Below, piece after piece: positions 12,101 through 24,100 of a DNA stretch of 64,000 bases (positions are counted from its first letter, which is position 1; every line of letters starts with the position of its first letter). The translations under genes were made by a program, and so were the position numbers. Source of the stretch: Mobula hypostoma (lineage: Eukaryota); the NCBI RefSeq assembly GCF_963921235.1, contig NC_086108.1, positions 47,556,001-47,620,000 on the forward strand. The letters are read 5' to 3'. Under the pieces are notes generated by a model. It saw nothing but the letters and a program-made list of their open reading frames with translations. It made no database searches and was not told the origin of the DNA.

Positions 12101-15100
12101 AAAAAGGTGCTCGATATAACACTGAGGTGGAGTTTCAGTTTTTCCAACTCAAATGGAAAATTTCCTCTGCTTGCCATTTGTAGTTAAACCTGAACATGTG
12201 TACAAAGAGCACTCGTCTGTGGTACACATAACAAACCTTCTGCTTTTGTGTACAATATCTCCTATGAATAGAGCCGCCTTCAGATGCACATGACTAAAAA
12301 GCACGTTAAGGTCAAATGGATATATCAGTGCTTTCACTGGACTGGTTTCCTCTCAGTAAAGTATTAATCAGACAAATTAAAACTTACAAGGATACAAAGT
12401 AGGGCAAAGCCAAGTACAAAATCTGTCACAGCTGTACAAATTTTATTTGTACACAAGTTCTATAATGAACTTAAAAAATGTAAATACAAAATGTCAAAAA
12501 AGTAGATATTATACAAATAAACACTAGTAGGTTATAAATTGAAAAAAAAATATTCAAGGCCAACATAATACTTCAATGCTGCAGTAGTCAATTTGAGGCA
12601 TAGCAAGCCAAATACAGAAAACAACAGGAATTCTGCAGATGCTGGAAATTCAAGCAACATACATCAAAGTTGCTGGTGAACGCAGCAGGCCAAGCAGCAT
12701 CTATAGGAAGAGGCGCAGTCGACGTTTCAGGCCGAGACCCTTCGTCAGGACTAACTGAAGGAAGAGTGAGTAAGGGATTAGAAAATACAGAAAAGTAATT
12801 TTTGAAATCCTGCTTGGGAATTATGAAAAGGAGAAAGCTAATTGAAGTCTTCACCTGTTGGCTATATTTTTCAAAAGAAGTGTCAGATGCACAAAACCAG
12901 ACACCGTATTCTGGTCCATTCATTATGCCATAGTAAGGGTGAGGAAGTGGTCTAGAGTATCTTGCTGAAGTAAATTAGAATGTTGCTTCATAACAAACCC
13001 TATCCATTTCACTAATTTCTTTTATGTTTCCTAAATGTTCCCAGTGAATGGAACATTAAATCTTTCAAGCTCTTTAGTATTAATTATCCATAATAATCCC
13101 TTGGAAATATTGCAAAGCTGTAGAATGCTTCCTGGTTTAATGCCGGAATTTTGGTGTATAATGCTGATTTATATCAAGTCATGAGAATGCTTTGGAAGAA
13201 TATTTCCATGACACAGCAAGAAAAGTGAGGTGGCAAAATCTCAAAAGAATCTCTATGCATTTGATCTATTTGATGGCGCCATGAGACCAGGAGGCTCCAG
13301 CAGAAATAGACTGGGAAGAATTTGGATTATGAAAATTAACTTCTTGAAAGGAGTGAAGGAAAAAAGATGACAACTAAGCTCAACGATATGAAGCAGAGGT
13401 CCATCAAACATTGTCAGGTTTCTGCTTCTACATACTAATATCCAGCAGTGGTACCTTTGGGTTTCTTTGGCTCTTGGACAATGTAAAGCAAGGCTGAAGT
13501 GGTATTGAGGGAGCGCTGCAATACCATTGTTTGATTAAGGTATTAAACTGAGGCCCCTTCTGTGCTCTCAATTAGGTATAAAAACCTTATAGCACAACTT
13601 CTTTTAATAACAGTGTGATGAGCAGGAGAATTATTTTGGCTTCCTGATCAATATTACAAAAGCAACATTCTGATCATTATCATATTGAGGTTTGTGCAAT
13701 CTGGATGCATTTTCCTTTGCTATTTTCCTATGGTAATGCAATGCCGACTCTTCAAATACGTCACTAACTGTAAAACATTAGGATGTCCCTTTATATAATT
13801 TCACACTTGAAAAAGATATTCTGTAGAACTATTATGCAAGCCTACAGCATCTATATTATTTATGATTATAGACTCAGATTTTTATGTCCTTAAAACCCAG
13901 GGAAACTCAACCTCATTTGCATTCAATTCCTTTTAGTTGATTTGTCTTGTTTAGATTTTGTCAAGGAGGTTTCGAATGTTACCGAATGCTCTAATAAACG
14001 TCTACCGATGTACTGTTGAAAGTATACTGACTCGTTGCATTATAGTCTATTTCGACAATCTTAATGCTCAGGAAAGCGAAAAGCTGCAGACTAGTGGAGA
14101 TAAGGGCACATTGTACCCCACCATCAAAAGTACCTACATGAGGCACTGTAACATCCATTTTCAAAGATCTCCACCAACCAGGCAATGCCATCTTCTCACA
14201 GCTACCATTGACCAAGAGGTACAGAAGCCAGAGTTCCCCACAACATCAGGTTCAAGAACAGCTACTTCTCTTCAAACACTTGGCTTTTGAACCAATCTGC
14301 ACAACCCTAATCACTACCTCAGTATAGCAACACTATGACCACTCTGTACTATAATGGACCTTAGTTTGTTCTAATTGTGTCTTTCTTGCAAAAACAAATA
14401 TTGAATGTGTGCTTTTCTTGTGAAAGTTAAGTGCCCATGATACTGCTGCAAGTAAATTTTTCATACCATCTGTGGATATACGTACTTGTGCTTTTGACAA
14501 TAAACTAAAACACAACATTGAAAGTCTAATACAGGCCTCTGCAATGAAGAGCTTGATCACCTTTGAAGTATGTGGTTTTGTCATCTCCTAAACCCACCCA
14601 CATGTGGCACAGACAAGTGCTGAACCAGTGTTTTTGCAGAACATATTAGGAACTTGTCCATTAGGAGTGGGCACAATTTCAAATCAGCAGGCGTTGACTA
14701 AAAAATATTGCTGGCAACTCTTTCATTTATTAGGACACTTGATACAACAGCCACAAGAAAACCAAGTGTTAGACTGTAGAACACTTCAATAACATTGGCC
14801 AAACTCCTTGCTTGAGTAAAAAGAAAATTATGCCTAAAACTAGGAATGCTGGACATTCAGGACTCAACATGAGGTCAAACAATAACTTAGAATTTTATTC
14901 CAAATCCTTAACTTTTAGCAGCAACCTACCACAATGGTCCAAGCTCTACAGCAGTTTTTCCTGGCATACTTCCATGACAATCACATGGCAGCTGACGGTA
15001 TGCACTTTCTGAAATAACAACAGAAAATCTGTTTGAAAATAGACTGGTTGTTTGTCACTAAACATAAAGCATTGTTGCACATCAATTTTCAAGGCTATGA

Positions 15101-18100
15101 CAGTGTTTGTATTGTATGGTGCTGACTCCAAACTTAAAACCATAAGACCATATTCAGTAAATGTTTCAATATATTAGAATTCACATGAAGAGAAATACTT
15201 AACATATCTGGTTCTTATATTCCATGTTAGCTGCAAAATAAAATACATAAATCTCTGGTGCTTAGAAGAATGAGGAAACTGTAATACCACTTGTATTACT
15301 TGAAATTTTGCTCGAAGGGAAATCATTAACTTTAACCACTAGGGAATTTCAAATATACTTACCAGTTGGTCAAAATCTACAACAGATTCAGCAAGTATGT
15401 GACACAAAACTTTCTGCCATTTAAGGTGGCTAACAATGGCATATGAAAGAGGAGCCAGATATCAAATATTACAGGGATATTACTATAACAGTGGTCCCCA
15501 ACCACTGGGCCGCGGACTGGTACCGGCCCGCAAAGCATGTGCTACCGGGCTGAGAGGAAACGATATCAGTCAGCTGCATTTTTCCTCATTCCCTGTCACG
15601 CACTGTTGAACTTGAACGTAGGGTTACCATCTGTCCTGTATTGCCGGGACATCCTGTATATTGGGCTAAATTGGTTTGTCCCATACGGGACCGCCCTTGT
15701 CCCGTATTTCCCCCGCTAAGGTACAGCGTTCCTATGAAACCTTTCGTGCCAAAATGGCGTAAAGCGCAGAAGCAATTACCATTAATTTATATGGGAAAAA
15801 TTTTTGAGCGTTCCCAGACCCAAAAAAGAACCTACTAAATCATACTAAATAACACATAAAACCTAAAATAACAGTAACATATAGTTAAAGCAGGAATGAT
15901 ATGATAAATACACAGCCTATATAAAGTAGAAATAATGTATGTGCATTGTAGTCGGGAAGATTAAGTCAAAACCGATTTGTGGCAAAAAAAATCAGCACGT
16001 ACGCGCATGTGCACACAGGTGTCCGCGCAAGGCTTCATGGTCATGGTAGTCTTTCTCGGAGCAAACACTGTCCCGTATTTGACTGCTACTTCTGCCCCTT
16101 ATTTGGGAGTGAGAAAGTTGGCAATCCTAACTGTAAAAGACATGCTGAGGTGAGTTCAACTCTAGTTGAACACCCCCCCCCCACCCCCCCACCCCGGTCG
16201 GCTGGTCCGCAAGAATATTGTCCATATTAGACCAGTCCACAGTGCAAAACAGGTTGGGGACCCCTGTACTATAATATAGTATAAAATGCTAAAGTACAGG
16301 GAGCTTAAAGAGCATTGGGAGTAGACAAGTAATCAACAGCAGATTGACAAACACTGCAGCAGTTCACTGATCCCCCTTTTCAGGTGAAGGCAAACAGCTA
16401 AATATATTTAACCACTGGCTGCATAGACCGTTGTTGAGTGGGGTTTACCTTCTAGCATATGGCACTTCTTGTAGAAGACCCGCTCTTCACACCACTGACA
16501 ATGGATCAGGCGTCGGATTTTCTTCAGGCTTTCATCCGCCTGGGAAGGACCTCGAAGCACCCGTACCACCACCAGAACAAAGTGTTCCAGAGCTACAGCG
16601 AATAGGACCTCAATCCCCTTATTGCAGCGTGCTGCAGCCCTGCAGGGAAATATCAGAAAACACAAGGTAACACAGTTGAACAATGAGGGGAATAAAAACA
16701 ACTTTCAGATGCTGTTCCATTTAACTAAGGACAAAGAGAAAGGTACTACTACCTCAATTATAAGAATCATAATTGGATCTAAGATTTATCCATGTAACTG
16801 ATTTCCAGGATAAAGTTCACTAAAGATGTATGGTACAATGACAACCTCACACTGACAAGACTGCACTGTTGCATGCAACAGCCCAGCAAAGGCAGTGTAT
16901 CAGAAGACACCACCAAGCCAAAAGGGACACCAGACCCCATTTTCTTAGAACAGTTAGAGAAAATGCATCAAAAGTTTGAGAAATGTCTTGCAGTTACAAT
17001 GTGAAGGTACTATATTGAAAATTACTGCTCTAACTCTAAGACTGACAAATTTAGTGAAGTAAAGCCAAATTCCATATGTTTTATTCCTCGTGTTTCCAAA
17101 CACAATTTTAATATGAAAGATGAAAAACGATAATAATAAACACAAGAAATTCTGCAGATACTGGAAATCCAAAGCAACAGACAAAATGCTGGAACTCAGC
17201 AGGTTAGGCAACATCTATGGGAATGAATAAACAGTCGATGTTTCGGGCCAAGACCTTCCAAAAGCCCTGATATGTTAACTACTTATTCCCTTCCATTGAT
17301 GCTGCCTGACTTGCTGAGTTCCTCTAACATTCTGTGTGTGTTGAAATGATAGAGAATTCTCTGAAATCTAATTTCTTCTTCCGTTGAAATTTGGATCAAA
17401 AAAGAGACATAAAATCATATACAATTTCATCGAAGGCTTTGCAGTGTATGATTGGAAGTTCCTTTTTGATTCTAATATTCATCAGTCAATATTAATCAGA
17501 GCTTCTCAAGAATCATCAACAAATTCAAGGCATTCAGGACCTTTTCACACTAAACTTGAAATTTAACAGGCCATCTATTGATAAGTTATCACAGAAAAAT
17601 GGGTAACTTATTCTGGTCATGGCAGAGAGTCATACAGCATACGGTGCAGAAACAGGCCCTCTGGCCCATATAGTCCTTGCTGAACTTGTCCCATCAGCCT
17701 CCACATCCCTCCTACCTATGTGCTGATCCAATTGAACCTATGTCCACCACTTCCATATGGTAGCTTATTCCATATACTGGATAAAACTTGGACTAAATTT
17801 ATGTAACCAAAATTTGATTAACATGCCCTGAAGTTCACCAGATCAATACATGTGTTTTATTAAAATGTGCCTTACTTAAGGGATCAAGCTAAAAGTTGAC
17901 AACATTTATAATAGTCTTTTTATAATCATGAAATCAAATACTGGAAACCCTCAGACGAGGGTCCTTTCAAGTTAAAGATCCTTCACCAAAACCACAAAGA
18001 CTATATTAGTTTTACTCCAATGAGATGATAGCCAAAGTTGTATCGGAAACCCAACTTTAACTGAGCTTGACCCAGTAAATACAGACTTTCAAATGTAAAA

Positions 18101-21100
18101 TGATTTACTGCTATAATAAGCACTGGAATAACAATAAAAATTAGAAGTTAAAGATTAAGAGAAATTAAAAAGAGATTCAGGGACCTACAGCTACAATAAT
18201 TTTTAATGAGATTTTATGGTAATTGGAGTGTAATAATTTGGCTACTGCTGGTGATTGGGGGTGTTGGGAGTGAAGGAGGATGAGAGGTGACTTGATAGAG
18301 GTGTGTGAAGTGATGAGAGGCATTCATCGTGTGGACAGCTGGCACCTTTTTCCCAGAGCTGAAATGGCTAATACAAGAGGCCATAATATTTCAGGTGATG
18401 GGTGGGAAGTATGGGGGGAGGATATCTCAGGTATGTTTCTTTACACAGAGTAGTGGATTTGTGGTATGCGCTGCCAGGGGTGGTGATAGAGGCAGATATT
18501 TAAGAGACTCTTAAGCACACGGATGAAAGAAAAATGGAGGGCCATGCAGAAAGGAAGCGCTAGATTGATCTTGGAGTAACTTGAAAGTTTGGCACAACAT
18601 CATGGGCTGAAGGACCTGTACTGTTCTATATGTCTAACTGGAAGGGATTGGGGAAGAGAGAAAAAGACAATTGGAATGCCTGAGCAGGGTGATAATTGGA
18701 GGTTGAGGCCAGTGGTCTGTGACCTGGAGCTCATTGAATTGGTTGGTTGGTTGGCACCTGTCTTTCTCAAAGGACAATGGGAGATGATGATCATCATCAC
18801 AAGCCTGGGCAAATGGTCTCGAGATCCTAAGATGCCCAGTTGTCAAGGTCCTCTTCTCGGCTTCACCAGTGTAGTCCAAAGGAAAGCTTATGAAGCAATA
18901 CGCTTGGCACCAGCCTGACTGCCGGAAGGATGTTCAATGACATCCAGCCACCTTAGGGGATTCACTCCAGATTTGTTGTCCGGGTTTACTCCCGTAGTCT
19001 TCGTCTCCCCCGAGGCTGCCCACAAGGCAGTGCAGCTATTTACCCATAGCTGGGGATCTGTTTCAAGAGCACCAGGGCATGTCCACACAATGGTGTGCCT
19101 GTACCACGTGTGCAGGGGCCAGACCTCCTCCCCGTCCTCTGTAATTCAGCCCGAGTCCGAAAGGAGTTCAGTTTCCATATGTCGCCAGCGAGAAGGCACT
19201 ACACGAGGCTTGCAGTTGGAGATGCTATGTACTGGCAGAAAGAGACTTACACATTCAGCTCTCCTTTTCACAAGACTGCTAGCCAGTGCTGGAAGCAGAA
19301 AGTGAGAGCGACAAGCACTACCTACTATGCTACCATACTAGACGCATCACAACAAACATTTTCTGTGAATTACATTTCAGGAATAAGCTCACCATAGTTC
19401 TGGAGGGATGAAAGGACAATGGAAAATAATGAATTTAACTGCCTAGGAGGCTGTACTGCAAAGACAAGGTTGTCTCAGAATAACAAAATCAAAGTCCTTC
19501 TGCAATGTTAAAATAAAAATTCTACATGCAATAGCATTATCATGTGTACTCCAACCACAGAATTCCATTCAGGAGCGTGAGGAATTACCCAGCTGATTAT
19601 CCAGAGTGAGGTAAATGCCCTGGAAATGATTGTTACTGCACTTCACTCAACATAAAAATCAATTTTCAGTTGTACATTGCTGAAAAATTAAAGTTCCAGG
19701 TATACGAGACAATTTCCTTTTTTTAAATATTGAACATGGACTTTGAATATGTTGTTTCATTAATGGAGCCCAATGTCAGTCTAGTTAGTTACTGCCTATT
19801 ACACTGTTGGTGTTTAGGGCAGCAATGAAGGTCCTCCATCTCTGTCTGTCCTTGGCCATCTTCTCTATGGTGCCCCAGGTGTGGCTCAGCATCTTCACTT
19901 CTGCCTCTACGGTATGGTGCTAAATTGTCTTTGGTCTTCTGCGTTTCCTCTGTCCTTCAGAGTCCTAATGAAGTGCTGCCTTGATGATAGAGTTGGCTTC
20001 TCTTTTCATCATGTACCCAATCCATCTCCAGCATTTCCACTTGATGATTGTGGCCATGTACTCTTGGTGACACTGAAGGAGTAAGGTGTGGTTGGAGATC
20101 TTTCTTGGCCAGAAAATACAAAGGATCTTCTGGAGGCTCATAGTGTGAAATGACGAGAGCTTGGAAAGGTCGCCCTCTGTCATGCACTAGCATTCTGACC
20201 CGTACAAGTGTGTGGACAGAACACAGCTCTGGTACAACTTCACCTTGGTGTGGACACCGCACTTGGTTGATCCTCGTATGTTGCTCATTGATCTGAAGAT
20301 GCTTCCAGCTTTGTTGAGCCTGCACTGGATGTCGGCCATGGTGCCACCATCCTGCCAAGTGATGCTGCCCGGGTCAGTGTGTTGACGTCATATGCCTTGA
20401 TGTGAGAGGAGACTCTACAGTGAGGGTCCTGGTCTCCGTCTTTCTCTGGCTGACTCTGAGTCTAACCTGTCCACCAAAGGCACACAGGTGCTGGTATGTA
20501 TGTGATAGTAATGAGAGGTCACCTGCAAAACCAAGCTCTTCTAAAGTAGAGAATAGAGTCCACATAATATGTCTCTGGTTATCTATCATTGTTTGCCTCA
20601 TAAGCCAGTCAATCACCAGGTTAAATAATATCACCAACATCACACAGCCTTGCCTGACTCCTGTCTTGACTTCAAAGCTCAAGTTGCGGTCCTCATCTAT
20701 GCAGGTGAAGTAACCATAAGCTGGACAATTTTGGAAGAGATCCCATATGATCTGAGAATTTGTAGATGCTATCAAAAGCATTTTCAAAGTCCACGAAATT
20801 CACATACAGTTGTCTCTGCCACTGTTCTATGATGTTACGCAGCGTGAAGATCTGGTCGACACAGCCTCTGTTTCTCCTGAAGCCAGCTTGCCCTTTCCTC
20901 AAGCACACATTGACAGCATCTATAATCCATTGAAAATGACTTTGACAAGCATTTTGCTGGGCACTGACAAAAGTGTGATGCCACACCAGTTGTTGCAATC
21001 ACTTAGCACTCCTTTCTTGGGGATCTTAACAATAACTCCCTTTGTCTAGCTCTTGGGTATGTCCCTTTTCCCAGATTATACTAAACAGTGGTTGCAGAAT

Positions 21101-24100
21101 GTCTGCAGCAACTTCTGGTTCAGCTAATGTTAATCTAATGTGTACTTATTATAAGAAGTTGTTCTGATGACGTGCGGACCAATCTCCCTTTTCACAATTT
21201 GACTCTCATTCTGAATAACTTCAGTATGGTCGACTTTGACAGATAGTATTATGGTTGTAAACATAATGCTTAATCTTTTCAGTCACGCACAAGGATAACA
21301 TTTTTAATCCTGGGTTCAGTAGCAAATAGCATTTTTGTGTTTAGTTGCATATGCCTTAGGTTAATGATGTTCATGCTATGTATTTGCTTTGCACAAATTA
21401 ATCACAATTCAGACGGTTTATTTTATACATTCATGAGGAAAGGAAGTTGGCATGTGAAAAGAAGGGAACACAAAAGATTTTTCATACAGTACAAATGTTG
21501 CTTAAAATATTAAGCAGCCGTTTCCAAGTACAACTGACTGCGGGAACAGGAAGCATTCTGCTCAGAGATTTGGAAAGGAAAATCACCAGGAGAATTTGTT
21601 TTGGATATTTGTTTGGGTGAGGAGGTAGCATATGGGTGGTGAACTGGCAAGTGGGGTTAGGTGTACAGATATTATACCAGTTGGATATATCGTGGGGTTG
21701 GCGTATGAGTAATCAGTAATGGAGGAAATGGAAGGATACATCCACCTGGAGGAAATGGACACTTTGGTGCATCCATCAGTGGCCCAGGCAGAATAAAGTC
21801 TTTGTAGTAATGCAGAAGTAGACTACATCCTTTTAGGGTTACACGTTCTCATAGGCTAGGCACATCAGGAAAATTTTTTGCAAGCAACCACAAACAGTAG
21901 ATTGTTTCAGGTGCCTAATGGCCTTCATGCTGTCAATTACACACACAGAAGATCCACAGATAAGTTTGGTCGTTAGCCTTCCACGCTGAACTTAAAGTGA
22001 CCCTCCAATCTCACAAATTTTGACTCAGTACTTAAACAGCTGGAAGGAAAGCCACATGTCCAATTTTACCTGTGGCACAAACTTGTGAGCACTGCAGATG
22101 GCAGCACTAAATTACAGAGATATTGTGTGAATAAGCAAAACTGTGATAAATGAATATCTGTAACAGAAAATTCAGATTCAGATTCATCAAATGTACATCA
22201 AATCACACAGTGAAATGTGTTGTCTGAGTTAACAACCAACATACCAAAGGGTGTGCCGGGGGCACACATTCCAGTGCCAACATAGCATGCCCACAATGTT
22301 CAAAACAACAATACAACAATCAACATGGAACAATAGAAGCAGCAGTACCAACAATAGAACAAGACATCCTCACCAGCAGAGGTCACCTCCAGACCCTGGA
22401 CCCAGACTCTCAAACTCACAGGCATCGGGCCTCCAACCTCCAGTCTCTGGTCTGAACACAAAGACTTGATCTTCAAGCCTCTACCTTTGGACTAACCAAA
22501 TTCGGTCTTTGACCCTTTGGGCTCTCTACCTCCAGACTCACCAAGCACTCAACTTTGACTGCAGGACTTCATCGATCTCTGGGTATCGACCTAAGGAGTC
22601 GCCAATCATGGGTTTGACCTCCAGGCCTCAAATGACCTGACCTCCCGGACCTCTGACCTTCGACCACGGAGCACCCTAGGGTTGACTTCAGGAATAGTAC
22701 GGCCCTCTGATCCCAGTGGCCTGTACTCCAAACACAGGCTCCTGTCCTGATCTCTCTTTCTCCTTCATCTCTGTTACTAAAACCTCACCTGACTCCTAAT
22801 TCCCTGCACTGTCGCCCATATCTTCCTTATGAACCTACAAAGCAACTAAGTCTGCACCATGACATAGATAGACATTGCAGCTCAGTGCCATCTTGGCTTG
22901 AACACTGGCTCCTACCCCTGACCTCCAACTCTTTCTCATCCCTGTCCCTAACACCTAACTCCCCACGCTGTCCCAAAAGCTATTGTTACAAACTTAAAAA
23001 TCAATTGCTATTGTAAAAAATGTCATTGTGAAAACAGAAGAGATTCAGCGAGCTAGGGACTTTCCTCCTTGGAACAGAGCAGGATGAGAAGGGACTTGAT
23101 AGAGGTGCAGAAGATGATGAGACACGTGGGTAGAGTGTACAGCAGCACCTTTTGTCCAGGGTGGCAATGACCAAGACAAGAGAGTATCAGTTTAAGGTGA
23201 GTGCTGGACAGTTTAGGGGAGCTGTCAGAGGTAGTTTTTTTTCTTAAACCACAGAGAGGACCTGGAACCCACTGCCGGGGCTGGTCACAGAGGCTGATCC
23301 AATAGGGACAATTAAGAGACTTTTAGATTAGCACACGGATGTAAGAAGTTGGAAGGTTATGGGCTATGTTGGAGGGAAGGGTTGGATTGATGCAAGGTTA
23401 ATGCAAGTCGGCACAACGTTGTGGGCTTATGTTCTGTTATGTAGGATGAAGAGTTAGTAATGTTGAAGTTGCAAAATGTAATCAAAATAAAACTAAAGAA
23501 ATTCTGGACACAGGATTGAGAGGATTAAAGATAATATAGCTAAAAGCTTTAGAAAGTGCTGGTTTAACTAAACCTGCACCATAGTGGCAAATCTGGTGCA
23601 TTTAGTATTCTGCCACACATTGCCTAAAATAGTGGTCACCAACCTTTTTAAGCCCAAGATCCCCTACCTCGACCTCAGTGAAAGGCAAGATCTACCTACT
23701 AAATCGTTTAGAGCAAAAAACAGCTCAGATAGTACTTCCAATTTGAGGCCTTTTATTTGGGTGAATTGTATTTGAATTACACAAAATACTTTTGTCAAAC
23801 TTTCAAATTAATTCAAACAAGAAAACACTGTAACTAGCATATCAAACAGGCCATAGCTGTCTTTCTTTAAGAATATTACAATACTTCACACCTTTAATTC
23901 TAAGTTTCATTATTTAATTTTATTTCAATACGAAAAATAAATGAATAAAAATTGACTGTTGCACTCAGTGTGATGACTGGGGCTGAATAGTTTCTGCTAG
24001 TTCCCTGAAATTTGGCTCATAACTACAGACAACCAGTCTGAGACAGTCTGTGAGGTGTAGGGTTGCCAACTGTCCCGTATTCCCCCGCTAAGGTAGAACG

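Larger units (their letters stand above)
7852..12121 (+). mobile_element. Decayed endogenous retrovirus (LTR-PBS-leader-[CR1 insertion and deletion]-env TM-PPT-LTR)
   Basis: Two direct repeats starting TGTG (7852-~8243 and 11788-~12121), a tRNA-Gln-like PBS, PPT aaaaaggagggaa, and an env TM immunosuppressive motif; no TSD identified. Confidence 0.85.

Noticed and set aside
17950..17992. Possible further hammerhead relic on the minus strand (tggtgaaggatctttaacttgaaa)
   Set aside because: Too degenerate, and it lacks clear flanking PLE terminus sequence.
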